A stretch of DNA of 64,000 nt. It comes from an uncultured Gammaproteobacteria bacterium (lineage in GTDB: Bacteria; Patescibacteriota; Patescibacteriia; Veblenbacterales; UBA10138). Position 1 is the first letter of the stretch. The number at the start of each line of letters is the position of its first letter. Location: contig CAYVOI010000001.1 of assembly GCA_964453605.1 (NCBI GenBank), forward strand, positions 102,276 through 166,275, in the 5' to 3' direction. The translations under genes were made by a program, and so were the position numbers. Positions 9,247-18,633 of this stretch are shown piece after piece. The notes beneath the pieces are model-generated. The model had not been told where the DNA came from. It ran no database searches and worked only from the letters and a program-made list of their open reading frames with translations.

Positions 9247-10431
9247 ATGCAGGCTAACGTAAAGTTACTGGTTGCTCGCAGCGTCCTCTGTGTAGCCGCA
9301 CTGGGGTGGAGCGTGGCACCGTTGCTCCCGGTGTGGGCGGCTGTGCCCTGTTCACCTAAAGACGTGTGGCAGGTAAACGATTGTACGGGGATTACGTGCT
9401 GTGATGTCGGCTACGTTTGCCGAGCGCAGGATTATAAAAACGGCCGGGAGGGGACATTGTCGCAGCATATCTGTGAAGTGGCCCCACCAGCGGAACAAGA
9501 AGGTAGCAGCTCGGCCACTACCCCCCTGGAGTTCCAGCCCCAGGTAACCATCCCCGGTACCATTACCGTGGGGGGGCAGCAGGTTTCGTTCCGGCAAGGG
9601 CAGGGACTTGCCGTGACGGGTGATACCATTGCGCAGTACCTCGGGGTGTTCTATAAGTTTTTCATAGCCATGCTGGCCGTGGCCGCAGTTGTTATGGTGA
9701 TGTGGGGCGGGTTCAAGCGCATTATGGCGGTAGGTTCCCCGGAGAAGATTGCTGACGCTAACGATGCTATTGTCAGTGCCCTTACTGGTTTAGTGCTGGT
9801 GCTTATTTCCTATTCGCTCCTCAACCTCATTAACCCTAAGCTGACGAGCTTTAAAACCTTAGCCCTGACACCGGTGACGAGGATAGAGTTTGAAGATGTA
9901 GAGGCAGAGCAGATTGTAGCAGCGGCCACCCAGCCTAGCAGCGTGCCGCAGGTGGCTATTATCAGCGGCGCTAACATCAGCAACCCGGGTAACAAAATAG
10001 CCACCCTCCCGCTCATTACTGCCCTACAAGCTGCCGCGGCTGAGTTAGCTAAGCAGAACGTGTATGTGATTGTGACCTCTGGTACCAGAACAGTCGCCGA
10101 GCAAACCGCGCTCATCTTGAAGAACTGTATAAATCCACCAGGGTCTACTAGCTGCCATCCTAAACCCGGCGGGGTGGAGACGTGTCCACTGCCGGGGAAC
10201 AACCCCTTAAGCTGTCCCCACACCTCGGGCCAAGCGGTGGACGTGTGGGCGGCGCAGGGCAACAGCACGCCGATTTCGCAAAAGGCCTGCCAGGCTAATA
10301 AGCCCGCCTGCGAGCAAGACCCGGCCATGGCCGCACTCATTGCGGCTATGCGAGCACAGGGGTTTTGTAAGCTCGACAGCGAACCCTGGCACTTTGAACA
10401 GCCAGTGGTGTCGGCTGGCCGTTGTCACTAA
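9247..10431 (+). CDS. CPR pilin fused to a C-terminal M15 (VanY-like) Zn peptidase
   Basis: Pilin core very similar to that of 5973-7262; SG.RT..EQ, HTSGQAVD and EPWHF M15 motifs. Confidence 0.8.
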   Translation: MQANVKLLVARSVLCVAALGWSVAPLLPVWAAVPCSPKDVWQVNDCTGITCCDVGYVCRAQDYKNGREGTLSQHICEVAPPAEQEGSSSATTPLEFQPQVTIPGTITVGGQQVSFRQGQGLAVTGDTIAQYLGVFYKFFIAMLAVAAVVMVMWGGFKRIMAVGSPEKIADANDAIVSALTGLVLVLISYSLLNLINPKLTSFKTLALTPVTRIEFEDVEAEQIVAAATQPSSVPQVAIISGANISNPGNKIATLPLITALQAAAAELAKQNVYVIVTSGTRTVAEQTALILKNCINPPGSTSCHPKPGGVETCPLPGNNPLSCPHTSGQAVDVWAAQGNSTPISQKACQANKPACEQDPAMAALIAAMRAQGFCKLDSEPWHFEQPVVSAGRCH

Positions 10432-10436
10432 CTCCT

Positions 10437-11786
10437 ATGTCACCACGTCTCAGCGCCGTGTACACCTGTTCGAACTGCGACGCCCAGTACCCCAAGTGGG
10501 TGGGGCGCTGTAGCCAGTGCGGCAAGTTTGGCACCGTGGCCACCGACCCCCAGGTAGTGGCGCGAGCTGCACCGCAAGCTGCAGGTTCTGCGCCAGCGGC
10601 CACCGTGTCACTCGGTAATTTGACGAATACGTACCACGGTAAACGTCAGGGTACGGGTTATGCCGAGGTGGACCGTGTGTTGGGCGGCGGGTTCGTGCCC
10701 GGCAGCGTAACACTTCTCAGTGGTGAGCCAGGGGTAGGCAAGTCCACACTCCTGCTTGCACTCGCCGAACGGTTACAAGCCCCCGTGCTTTACGCTTCAG
10801 GTGAGGAATCGGCCGAGCAGGTATCAGGCAGGCTTAAACGCTTGGGACTTGCCGGTTCTAAGCTCTCGTTTACTACCGAAACCAATGTGGGGAGCCTGAG
10901 CGCCACTGTCCGCCAGCTTAAACCAGCTCTACTGGTGATGGACTCGCTCCAAGCCGCGAGCTTGCCAGAGGAAACAGGGACCTCGGGTTCCCCTGCCCTG
11001 GTACGCGCTGCCCTGAGCGAACTGGTAACGTTGGCCAAAGGTACTAACGTGCCGGTGGTAGTGGTGGGGCACGTGACCAAGGCCGGGGTGGCAGCTGGGC
11101 CCAAGGCCATAGAGCACCTAGTCGATGTGGTACTGACCTTAGAGGGCGCGGAGCACCAGCCCTTACGGTTCCTGCGTGCCAGCAAGAACCGTTTTGGCGC
11201 TACTGACGAGGTGGGTGTGTTTGAAATGGGAGAGCAGGGGCTGGTAGAGGTTCAAAACCCCTCGGCACTATTCTTAAGTGAACGGCACCAGGGTGCAGGC
11301 TCTTGCATAACCGCGCTGCTTGAAGGTTCGCGGAGCTTGCTCTGCGAGGTGCAAGCGCTGGTTACACACTCACGTCAGAGCTACCCCAAGCGTGCCACCA
11401 CCGGGTTCGACGCTAACCGGCTGGAAGTGTTACTGGCTGTGCTCGGGGAGCGGGCGGGCGTGAAGCTGAACTATAGTGACGTGTATATAAACCTAGCCGG
11501 CGGTTTCCGCTCACGTGAGCCAGCGTTGGACCTGGCAGTTTGTATAGCGGTGGCTTCAGCTGCTACCAAGCGCCCGCTCCCTAAAGATTTAGTGGTGTTT
11601 GGTGAGGTTGGTTTAGGTGGCGAAGTGCGGCCGGTGGTGGGGGCCGAGCGCCGTCTGCAAGAGGCAGCGCGGTTAGGGTTTGTGCAGGCCCTGGTGCCGC
11701 AGGGGCTTAATGTTGAGCGACTACCCTCTGACCTAGCGCTCGTGCCGGTGAAAACCGTGAGTGAAGCCGTGGAGTGGATACGCTAG
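10437..11786 (+). CDS. radA: DNA repair protein RadA/Sms
   Basis: C4 Zn finger, GEPGVGKST, KNRFG, Lon-like C-terminus. Confidence 0.95.
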   Translation: MSPRLSAVYTCSNCDAQYPKWVGRCSQCGKFGTVATDPQVVARAAPQAAGSAPAATVSLGNLTNTYHGKRQGTGYAEVDRVLGGGFVPGSVTLLSGEPGVGKSTLLLALAERLQAPVLYASGEESAEQVSGRLKRLGLAGSKLSFTTETNVGSLSATVRQLKPALLVMDSLQAASLPEETGTSGSPALVRAALSELVTLAKGTNVPVVVVGHVTKAGVAAGPKAIEHLVDVVLTLEGAEHQPLRFLRASKNRFGATDEVGVFEMGEQGLVEVQNPSALFLSERHQGAGSCITALLEGSRSLLCEVQALVTHSRQSYPKRATTGFDANRLEVLLAVLGERAGVKLNYSDVYINLAGGFRSREPALDLAVCIAVASAATKRPLPKDLVVFGEVGLGGEVRPVVGAERRLQEAARLGFVQALVPQGLNVERLPSDLALVPVKTVSEAVEWIR

Positions 11787-11789
11787 CGC

Positions 11790-12341
11790 ATGCGGTTACC
11801 TCGTAGTTTTTTTGCGCGCCCCACGCTCCGTGTAGCTCGTAGTTTGCTCGGGTGTGTGCTGTCGGTACGGCAGGGTGGCAGACTGCGGCGCGCTGTTATT
11901 GTGGAAACCGAGGCCTACGTTGGGCCAGGTGACCTAGCCTCGCACGCTTCGCGCGGACGCACCAAGCGTACTGAGGTTATGTTTGGCCGTCCGGGGTGCC
12001 TCTACGTCTACCTCATCTATGGTATGTACCACTGCGTGAACGTGGTTACCGAGCGGGTAGGTTACCCGGCCGCTGTGCTCATTCGGGCGGTTATACCGCT
12101 GCCGCGTCGAACGCAACCCAAGGTAGTGGCAGGCCCTGGTCGAGTCTGCCGGTACTTTGGTATTGATCGCCGTTTCAATACCGAGGACACAGCGACTAGC
12201 CGACGTGGTTGGTTCAGCCGCGGTCTGCGCCTACCGCCAGGCCAGGTGACGGCTCGAACACGAGTAGGGGTTGACTACGCCGGGCCGTGGCAGCACAAGC
12301 TGTGGCGGTTTGCACTCACGCCCGATGGTGTACGTAGGTAG
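11790..12341 (+). CDS. mpg: DNA-3-methyladenine glycosylase (AAG/Mpg family)
   Basis: IVETEAY, YVYLIYGMY, AVLIRA, GPG, RVGV. Confidence 0.92.
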   Translation: MRLPRSFFARPTLRVARSLLGCVLSVRQGGRLRRAVIVETEAYVGPGDLASHASRGRTKRTEVMFGRPGCLYVYLIYGMYHCVNVVTERVGYPAAVLIRAVIPLPRRTQPKVVAGPGRVCRYFGIDRRFNTEDTATSRRGWFSRGLRLPPGQVTARTRVGVDYAGPWQHKLWRFALTPDGVRR

Positions 12342-12419
12342 TGCCTGATCAGGCACTATGAAATGCCCCTGCCAAGAACAAATACCTTGGCAGGGGTGAA
12401 TCTTTGGGGAAGGGGTGGG

Positions 12420-12818
12420 TTAGTGTCGGCCGTTGTGGCCGTTCGTGCAGTATGCGCGGGCGTCATCAAGAAGACAATCGAGTTCTGTGCGGATTTCGTG
12501 GTCTTCGTCGGATTTGCCAGCCGGTTTTTCCCGCGCAATCGCGTGGGTCATGGCGTTCAGGAACCGCCCACGATTTTCTATCTCAATCACGTCAGCGTAC
12601 TTGCTGAGCCTGATTCTGTCCTTGGCCAGGGCAGCGGCGACAATTTGTTCTTCGATCTCTGTTTTCACCTGCAGCTTCAGCAGGTGACCACATTGGTGGA
12701 GCGTTGCTCCGAGTGTGCCGACCTTGCGACGGCCGACGTACAGTTCTGAGGTGCCGGTGTGTAGCTCGACAACTTGAGCGCCGTAGCTACCCACCTTGCG
12801 GATTTCAGGTTCGTTCAT
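12420..12818 (-). CDS. Hypothetical protein (orphan cassette)
   Basis: GGAGG RBS; TTGACG-17-TACTAT promoter near 13051-13079 on - strand. Confidence 0.6.
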   Translation of the reverse strand: MNEPEIRKVGSYGAQVVELHTGTSELYVGRRKVGTLGATLHQCGHLLKLQVKTEIEEQIVAAALAKDRIRLSKYADVIEIENRGRFLNAMTHAIAREKPAGKSDEDHEIRTELDCLLDDARAYCTNGHNGRH

Positions 12819-13093
12819 GATAGTCCTCCGTATGACGTTGAATGGGTTGGGGGGTTCAGTCAGCTATCAGTACCCAGGAGACTATACGGTGGCTAACTTG
12901 AGTTTAGTTTCATCTCAAACTCTCCTATAATGTTATTTTGGTTTGTGGGGTTGTGCCGGGTGAATTACGTGCTTTATGACGCTGTTAAGGTTCTTTGAGG
13001 AGGCCCGGGCCGGCAATCAATTAGGCCCCCACATGCTTGTATATTAGGCAATAGTAAACCTGTAGCGGTCAGCCGTCAAGTACCCACGGTGGA

Positions 13094-15151
13094 TTACTCA
13101 GGGTGAAAGGCGAGCTTAGCTATGCGGTTTTTAAGTTCTGGCCAGGGTTTTAGAGTTGAGTCCTGTTTGAGCACCAGATCAGTAGCCTGCTGGACTGTCT
13201 TCAGTAACCCCTGGTCAGCCAGTGAGGCAAAACGTAGGCTGCTCCAGCCAGACTGTAGTTCTCCCACAATATCACCCGGGCCCCGCTGTTTCAGGTCAAA
13301 TTCCGCTAGGTCAAAGCCACTATGGTGCCTTACCAAGGCATCAAGGCGTGCCAAGCTCTTCGGGTCGGTGGATTCGGTGAGGAGTAGGCAGTAGCTCTGC
13401 AGGTTTGACCTGCCCACGCGACCACGGAACTGGTGCAGCTGCGCCAGGCCAAAACGCTCGGCGCTCTCAATGGCTATAACCGTGGCTTGGGGAACATCTA
13501 CTCCAACCTCGATAACAGACGTGGTGACAAGTATGGGCGTATGTCCATCGACAAACTGTTTCATAGCGCTAGCTTTGGCGCGGGCAGGTAGTTTGCCGTG
13601 CAGCAGCCCTAAGGTAAGTTCAGGGAACACCTCGCGGCTTAGGCGTTCGTGCTCAAGTGTCACCGCGCGGACGCCTAAAACATCGGACTCCTCAATAGTT
13701 GGGCAGACAATGAACACGCGGTGGCCGCGTGCAACCTCTTGCCGCATGAAGTCGTACGCCCTAGTGCGCTCATTTGGTTGTACCATTCGGGTGGTAATGA
13801 GTTTCCGACCAGCCGGTAGGTGGTTTATGGTTGAAAGTTTGAGGTTACCATAGAGGGTAAGCGCCAGGGAACGGGGAATAGGAGTAGCCGAGAGGGAAAG
13901 GAAGTGGGGAATAGCGCGTTGGTCGCGGTGTAGCAGCTGGCGCTGCTCTACCCCAAAACGGTGCTGTTCGTCTACCACAATCAGCCCAAGCTGCTTGAAG
14001 CGGACCGACGCCTGCAGGACAGCGTGGGTGCCGATGAGTATATCAACTTGTCCTTGCTTGAGTTTGATTTTTAGTGACTTATCAGATACCACTACGCCCT
14101 GGTTCGCCACACACTGTTTGGAAGCCGTGAGGAGCCCTAAGGTAACGTGGGGCAGATTAGTAAACAGCCGGCTAAGGGTAGCAGCGTGCTGGTCAGCCAG
14201 AATCTCGGTGGGGGCAATAAGTACAACCTGCCAGCCAGCCGCTGCGGCGTTCAAGGCGGCTAACCCCGCCACAATAGTTTTGCCTGACCCTACATCGCCT
14301 TGGAGCAGCCGGTACATGGGCTCGGAGTTCCCTAGGTCTTTGATAATTTCCCAAGCCGCCACTCTCTGATCGTCAGTTAGCCGCCAGGGTAATGTATCCA
14401 CGAACTGTTTTAGGCCTGACCAGAGTAGAATGGCAGGTGCCTTAGTGCCTGCCGCAGGCAGGTGAGCCAGTTTTAGTTTCAGGCTCATCAGGAACAGCTC
14501 GTCAAAGCCTAGGCGGCGGCGAGCTGGAGCAATGTCGGGCCAACCTTTGGGTTGGTGCAGGTGCTCAAGGGCTGTGGGGAGGCTGGGGAGTTTTGTTTGT
14601 TGCAGGACTTCAGCTGGCAGGTAGTCGGTGACCTGCTCACAGAGCGGCAGGAGTCGGGAGATAGTGCTGCGCAGCTTGGTTTGGGTGAGCTGGGCAGTGG
14701 AGGGGTAAATAGGTACCAAGCGGCCGGTGTGCACACCACCGCGGGCGACCGGCTCCCAGGTCGGGTGTTCGAGTTGCAGCCCGTAGCTTGAGTCAGTGAG
14801 ATGGCCACTGAGGTACACTTCATCGCCCACTCGGAGGCTGTCTTTGAGGTAGGGCTGGTTAAACCACACGGCTTTGATAGTGCCCGTGCCATCGGTAAAA
14901 AGCACCTCGGTTACCTGAAGTTTGCGCCGAAAGCTCCGGCGTGAACTTACGAGCTGTACCTTGGCTCGGAGTGTGACCTGTTCACCTACCTTAAGGTTTT
15001 TGATGGCTACGGTTTTTGAGAAATCGTCGTACCGTGTGGGTACGTGGTGTAGCAGGTCTGCTATCGTGGCAAGCCCCAGGCGCTTGAGGCGCGCCGCGGT
15101 AGAAGGGCCAATACCGGGTACGTGGGTTACGGGACTCTGTGGGGAGAGCAT
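13094..15151 (-). CDS. recG: ATP-dependent DNA helicase RecG
   Basis: QGDVGSGKT, DEQHRFG, SATPIPR, QLHQFRGRVGR; likely start MLSPQ. Confidence 0.95.
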   Translation of the reverse strand: MLSPQSPVTHVPGIGPSTAARLKRLGLATIADLLHHVPTRYDDFSKTVAIKNLKVGEQVTLRAKVQLVSSRRSFRRKLQVTEVLFTDGTGTIKAVWFNQPYLKDSLRVGDEVYLSGHLTDSSYGLQLEHPTWEPVARGGVHTGRLVPIYPSTAQLTQTKLRSTISRLLPLCEQVTDYLPAEVLQQTKLPSLPTALEHLHQPKGWPDIAPARRRLGFDELFLMSLKLKLAHLPAAGTKAPAILLWSGLKQFVDTLPWRLTDDQRVAAWEIIKDLGNSEPMYRLLQGDVGSGKTIVAGLAALNAAAAGWQVVLIAPTEILADQHAATLSRLFTNLPHVTLGLLTASKQCVANQGVVVSDKSLKIKLKQGQVDILIGTHAVLQASVRFKQLGLIVVDEQHRFGVEQRQLLHRDQRAIPHFLSLSATPIPRSLALTLYGNLKLSTINHLPAGRKLITTRMVQPNERTRAYDFMRQEVARGHRVFIVCPTIEESDVLGVRAVTLEHERLSREVFPELTLGLLHGKLPARAKASAMKQFVDGHTPILVTTSVIEVGVDVPQATVIAIESAERFGLAQLHQFRGRVGRSNLQSYCLLLTESTDPKSLARLDALVRHHSGFDLAEFDLKQRGPGDIVGELQSGWSSLRFASLADQGLLKTVQQATDLVLKQDSTLKPWPELKNRIAKLAFHPE

Positions 15152-15363
15152 AGTAATTGGTACTTCACCATTATGCCGCGCCTGGTAGCAAAAAACCACC
15201 CCGTCCCGATAGGGGGTCAGGGGTTCTGGTGTAGTATTAATTAGTCCGAACGCATTTCGCCGTCGCAGGCGGCAAAGAGTTTCCCCCGCGAAAATTCGGA
15301 AAGGCGGCGGACCGCGCCGCTAACAATTTCAAGTTTTTCTTTGGTGGCATTAAATTATGAAAT

Positions 15364-16077
15364 TTATGTTAAATCAAAATCAATCAAAATCTTTTTTTCC
15401 ATATCATAAAATGAACGCGCAAAAAGATTATCCTGTTTGTTGGAAAAAGTTTTTTTGGCTAGTAAATCATTTCTATAAGTGTAAATTAGAGAACTTATCG
15501 GTGCACCGGGGTAGCAAATCAATCGCCAACCATTATCAGAAGCTAGGGTGTGTGGTAATGGTATTTCTTTTTGCGTAAGTAAATGAGTTACAACAATTTC
15601 TTCAATCAAAAAATTTATGTTAGTATCGGAGGTTTCTCTCCCCTGATTTTTAAGATCACTTTGCAAACACATATTAAAATGCTTATCATTTTTTGCCGCC
15701 CCAAGTAATTTATTTTTTCTTTCATGGAAGTTATCAGCGTTCAGAATTGCATAGTCCCAGGGCAAAAAGTGAAAAGCTTGTGGGACATATTTTCTTTCTT
15801 TGAGTAAGAGGTTCGTAAATTCTCCTTTATGGCCCAACATTTGATTCAAAGAGCGTTTGCGAATCTCGACTGCCCTGTCATCGCTATTCAAATAAAGATC
15901 GTTTGTATAAAGAAAAATACAGTCTATCGAAATATATTTCACTTTGCTCTCGAAAAATACCAAGAAATCATAAATATCCTGACCAGATTGAGAGTTGGCC
16001 AGTCTGCTCATAGAAAGTGGGAAAATCAAATAACCGTCTTTGGGAACACTAGAAATGTCAAAATTGTCCTTCTTCAT
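15364..16077 (-). CDS. AT-rich hypothetical protein, possibly cyclodipeptide-synthase-like
   Basis: Much lower GC than flanks; directly 3' of tRNA-Arg; motif order LSM..W..FLIEE..YPG. Confidence 0.7.
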   Translation of the reverse strand: MKKDNFDISSVPKDGYLIFPLSMSRLANSQSGQDIYDFLVFFESKVKYISIDCIFLYTNDLYLNSDDRAVEIRKRSLNQMLGHKGEFTNLLLKERKYVPQAFHFLPWDYAILNADNFHERKNKLLGAAKNDKHFNMCLQSDLKNQGRETSDTNINFLIEEIVVTHLLTQKEIPLPHTLASDNGWRLICYPGAPISSLIYTYRNDLLAKKTFSNKQDNLFARSFYDMEKKILIDFDLT

Positions 16078-16125
16078 AATATGATTAAAAAATTTTCTGG
16101 CCCCAACTCTTTGAGTTTTCCTTTC

Positions 16126-16200
16126 TGGTGCCCTCGGTAGGAATCGAACCTACATTACAAGCTCCGCAAGCTCGCGTTCTATCCATTGAACTACGAGGGC
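16126..16200 (-). tRNA. tRNA-Arg (GCG), CCA encoded
   Basis: Cloverleaf gccctcg/cgagggc; anticodon arm cgagc-ttGCGga-gcttg; GGTTCGATTCC. Confidence 0.93.
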
Positions 16201-16256
16201 CTAAGGTATGAAACAGAGCTAAACCAGTATAGGGTAGCTTTTAGCCTGTGGCAAGG

Positions 16257-16766
16257 CTACTGTAGTTTCAAGAGCCTAGAGAGCGCCTCAGAAGTTGGCA
16301 TGTCTTCGCGTTCCAGGTCCTCAGCAATGTACTTCTTGAGCTGTGTGCGTACGGTAAGGGGACTTGTTTTACCTAAAGGCACTGTGAGTCGTGGGGTCAG
16401 AGCGTTCTTAGGTACCAGGTAAAGGCAGCTCACTTCTGGTGGGTGGTAGGCTATCCAGAAGTTGGCTAGTTCTGACCAGCGCCAGAACTTTTTCCCGACG
16501 GCTACGCCTAACGTGGTCAGCTGGAACTCGATGTGCCTGGGGTTACGGCGCGTCTCGTTCACAAAAATAATAGCCCCCATAAGCAGGATGAGCGCGAACA
16601 AGAAGTTGCCTGTGAATGCCGCCCAAGCTACCATGGCCAAGGTGACGAGCCCGGCCCACACCCACCACGAGGTTGGACGGTTGACATGGCGAAACTCGCG
16701 GAAGGTCCAGCGCAACGTTGCCTTGCCGATGTTGGCGTTTGGTTCTAGGTTCAGGTTTATGGCCAT
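16257..16766 (-). CDS. Conserved-looking hypothetical membrane protein
   Basis: W..REF, two TM segments, then a small beta-rich domain. Confidence 0.75.
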   Translation of the reverse strand: MAINLNLEPNANIGKATLRWTFREFRHVNRPTSWWVWAGLVTLAMVAWAAFTGNFLFALILLMGAIIFVNETRRNPRHIEFQLTTLGVAVGKKFWRWSELANFWIAYHPPEVSCLYLVPKNALTPRLTVPLGKTSPLTVRTQLKKYIAEDLEREDMPTSEALSRLLKLQ

Positions 16767-16863
16767 AGGTTTACGCTTTCAGTATACGTTTTCCGTGCTC
16801 ACCTGACAATTATGTTAACCGTTTATTGCTCGCATGAGTAGTCCGCGGTATAGTTGAATAGTT

Positions 16864-17442
16864 ATGGAGATAACCACTTACCTCAGGGAGCTCCGCCGTA
16901 CCTACCAAGCCACTGCCCAAGCTCGGCGGAAGCTGGTGGACCTTTCGGCGCAAGCTCAGCACCTCAGCAAGCAAGCTATTTTTACTGCCCAGCGCGGTGA
17001 GCTTAAGCAGGCTCAGGAGTTGCTAGCGGCGGCCGTAGCGCTGCTCAAGCAAGGCCAAGCCCTTTGCCGCCAGGTCGGCGAACTTGAGTACTTAGGTAGC
17101 TACCGTGCTGCGCTTGAAGAGTTTGTGGAAGCAGATCTCTTTACCACCTACCTCAAGCGCGGGGGAGTGGGGCGTGTATCAAAAGTGAAGGTGGCACCGG
17201 AGGTGTACCTCGGTGGGTTGTCAGATATGCTCGGCGAACTGGTGCGCTACGCTGTAAAACTTGCTACTGAGGGCAAACCTACTGAGGTGGACAAGCTAGC
17301 TAAATTCGTAACGCAGGTGGTGGGGGAGCTGGCGGCTATGAACCTCACGGGCAGCCTGCGGAACAAGTTCGACCAGGCCAAGCAGCACCTGCGGCGGCTG
17401 GAGGACATCCGCTACGACTTGAGCATCCGTCGCCATGCCTAA
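16864..17442 (+). CDS. Translin/TRAX family protein
   Basis: SKQAIF, ALEEFVEA and YLGGLSDMLGELVRYAV family motifs; all-helical, 192 aa. Confidence 0.85.
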   Translation: MEITTYLRELRRTYQATAQARRKLVDLSAQAQHLSKQAIFTAQRGELKQAQELLAAAVALLKQGQALCRQVGELEYLGSYRAALEEFVEADLFTTYLKRGGVGRVSKVKVAPEVYLGGLSDMLGELVRYAVKLATEGKPTEVDKLAKFVTQVVGELAAMNLTGSLRNKFDQAKQHLRRLEDIRYDLSIRRHA

Positions 17443-17809
17443 GGTGTCTGGGCTAGTGATTCCCGGTGAAGGTTTGGGGCGTACCACGGGCTACCCCACG
17501 GCTAACCTTAAGCTTGAGGCTGGTAGCTTTCGTCCTAACCCAGGTGTGTACCTGGCTTGGGTTGATGGTTTAGCCGAGCCTCGCCAGCCAGCACTGCTCG
17601 TTTCTGGGGTGGCTTGGGAGCAGGCCGGTGTGCCTCGTGTTGAGGTGTACGTGCTGGATGTGGAGCTTGACCTCTACGGCAAAGTCTTAACCGTAGAGCT
17701 TGGGCAGCGCTTGCGTGATGTCACACGGTTCGCAACTACCGAGGCACTGGTACAGCAAATAGCCGCCGATGTGGCCGCGGCGCGTAAGCTTAACGAGTGG
17801 TTGGCTTAG
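17435..17809 (+). CDS. Stand-alone riboflavin kinase domain
   Basis: GRTTGYPTAN, GVY, EVYVLD, LYG, LR...F...L..QI..D. Confidence 0.85.
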   Translation: MPKVSGLVIPGEGLGRTTGYPTANLKLEAGSFRPNPGVYLAWVDGLAEPRQPALLVSGVAWEQAGVPRVEVYVLDVELDLYGKVLTVELGQRLRDVTRFATTEALVQQIAADVAAARKLNEWLA

Positions 17810-18630
17810 GCTTGGTGCTGTTTCTGGTAGAGTTCGTACACGTTCCAGAGCAGCATCGCCACAGTCATAGGCCCTACGCCACCAGGTACGGGGGTGAGGT
17901 AAATAGCTCGCTCAGCTAGTTCGGGCGCAGCGTCGCCCATGACCCGCCCCTCAATTTTGGTAGTGCCCACGTCAATCACAATGGCGCCGTCTTTCACGTA
18001 CTCGCTCTGGAGTGCGCCAGGCTTGCCCACGGCAACAATAATAATGTCGGCCGTTTTAAGTTCCAATCCAGTTTCGCTAGCTACCGTTGTGTGTACGCCC
18101 TGGCCATCAAGTAGTTTCATAAGTGGCTGAGCAAATTCCTGACTGTTCACTATCAGCGCCGCGGTTTTACCACGCAGTGGTTGCTTGGCTAGTTCGATCA
18201 GTTTCATTATCCCGTTCGTAAGGCCAGGTGTTACGGCTTCGCGTCCAGCTAAGAATGCGCTCAGGTTCTGCGGGTGGAAACCGTCCGCGTCTTTTTTTGG
18301 GTCCATGAGCGCCACCACCTCGTACTCGTTCAGGTGTTTCGGGACCGGCAGTTGTATTAAAATGGCAGTTACGTCCTCGCGTTCATTAAACGTTTTGATG
18401 TGCTGAGCTACGGTAGCAAATGGTGCATGTTCAGGTAGCACAATTTTTTCTACTTTGATGCCAACTTCAGCCGCTGCTTTTTCCTTGAGCCCGACGTAGA
18501 GGTGCGAGGCCGGGTCGCCGCCAACCAAAATAACGCCCAAGGTGGGTGTATTAGGCAGCGCAGCAATTTTTACCTTGAGCGCTTGCCTCAGCTCTGTCGC
18601 CAGCGCCCTACCATCAAGGGTGAACGCCAT
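17806..18630 (-). CDS. folD: Methylenetetrahydrofolate dehydrogenase/cyclohydrolase
   Basis: Y...K, QLP, KDADG, TPVPGGVGPMT. Confidence 0.95.
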   Translation of the reverse strand: MAFTLDGRALATELRQALKVKIAALPNTPTLGVILVGGDPASHLYVGLKEKAAAEVGIKVEKIVLPEHAPFATVAQHIKTFNEREDVTAILIQLPVPKHLNEYEVVALMDPKKDADGFHPQNLSAFLAGREAVTPGLTNGIMKLIELAKQPLRGKTAALIVNSQEFAQPLMKLLDGQGVHTTVASETGLELKTADIIIVAVGKPGALQSEYVKDGAIVIDVGTTKIEGRVMGDAAPELAERAIYLTPVPGGVGPMTVAMLLWNVYELYQKQHQA

Positions 18631-18633
18631 AGC

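Noticed and set aside
15196-15325. GC-rich hairpins (ggcggcggac etc.) as another GIY-YIG-type palindrome or att site
   Set aside because: Only partial similarity and no tRNA-Arg repeat found; too weak to call.
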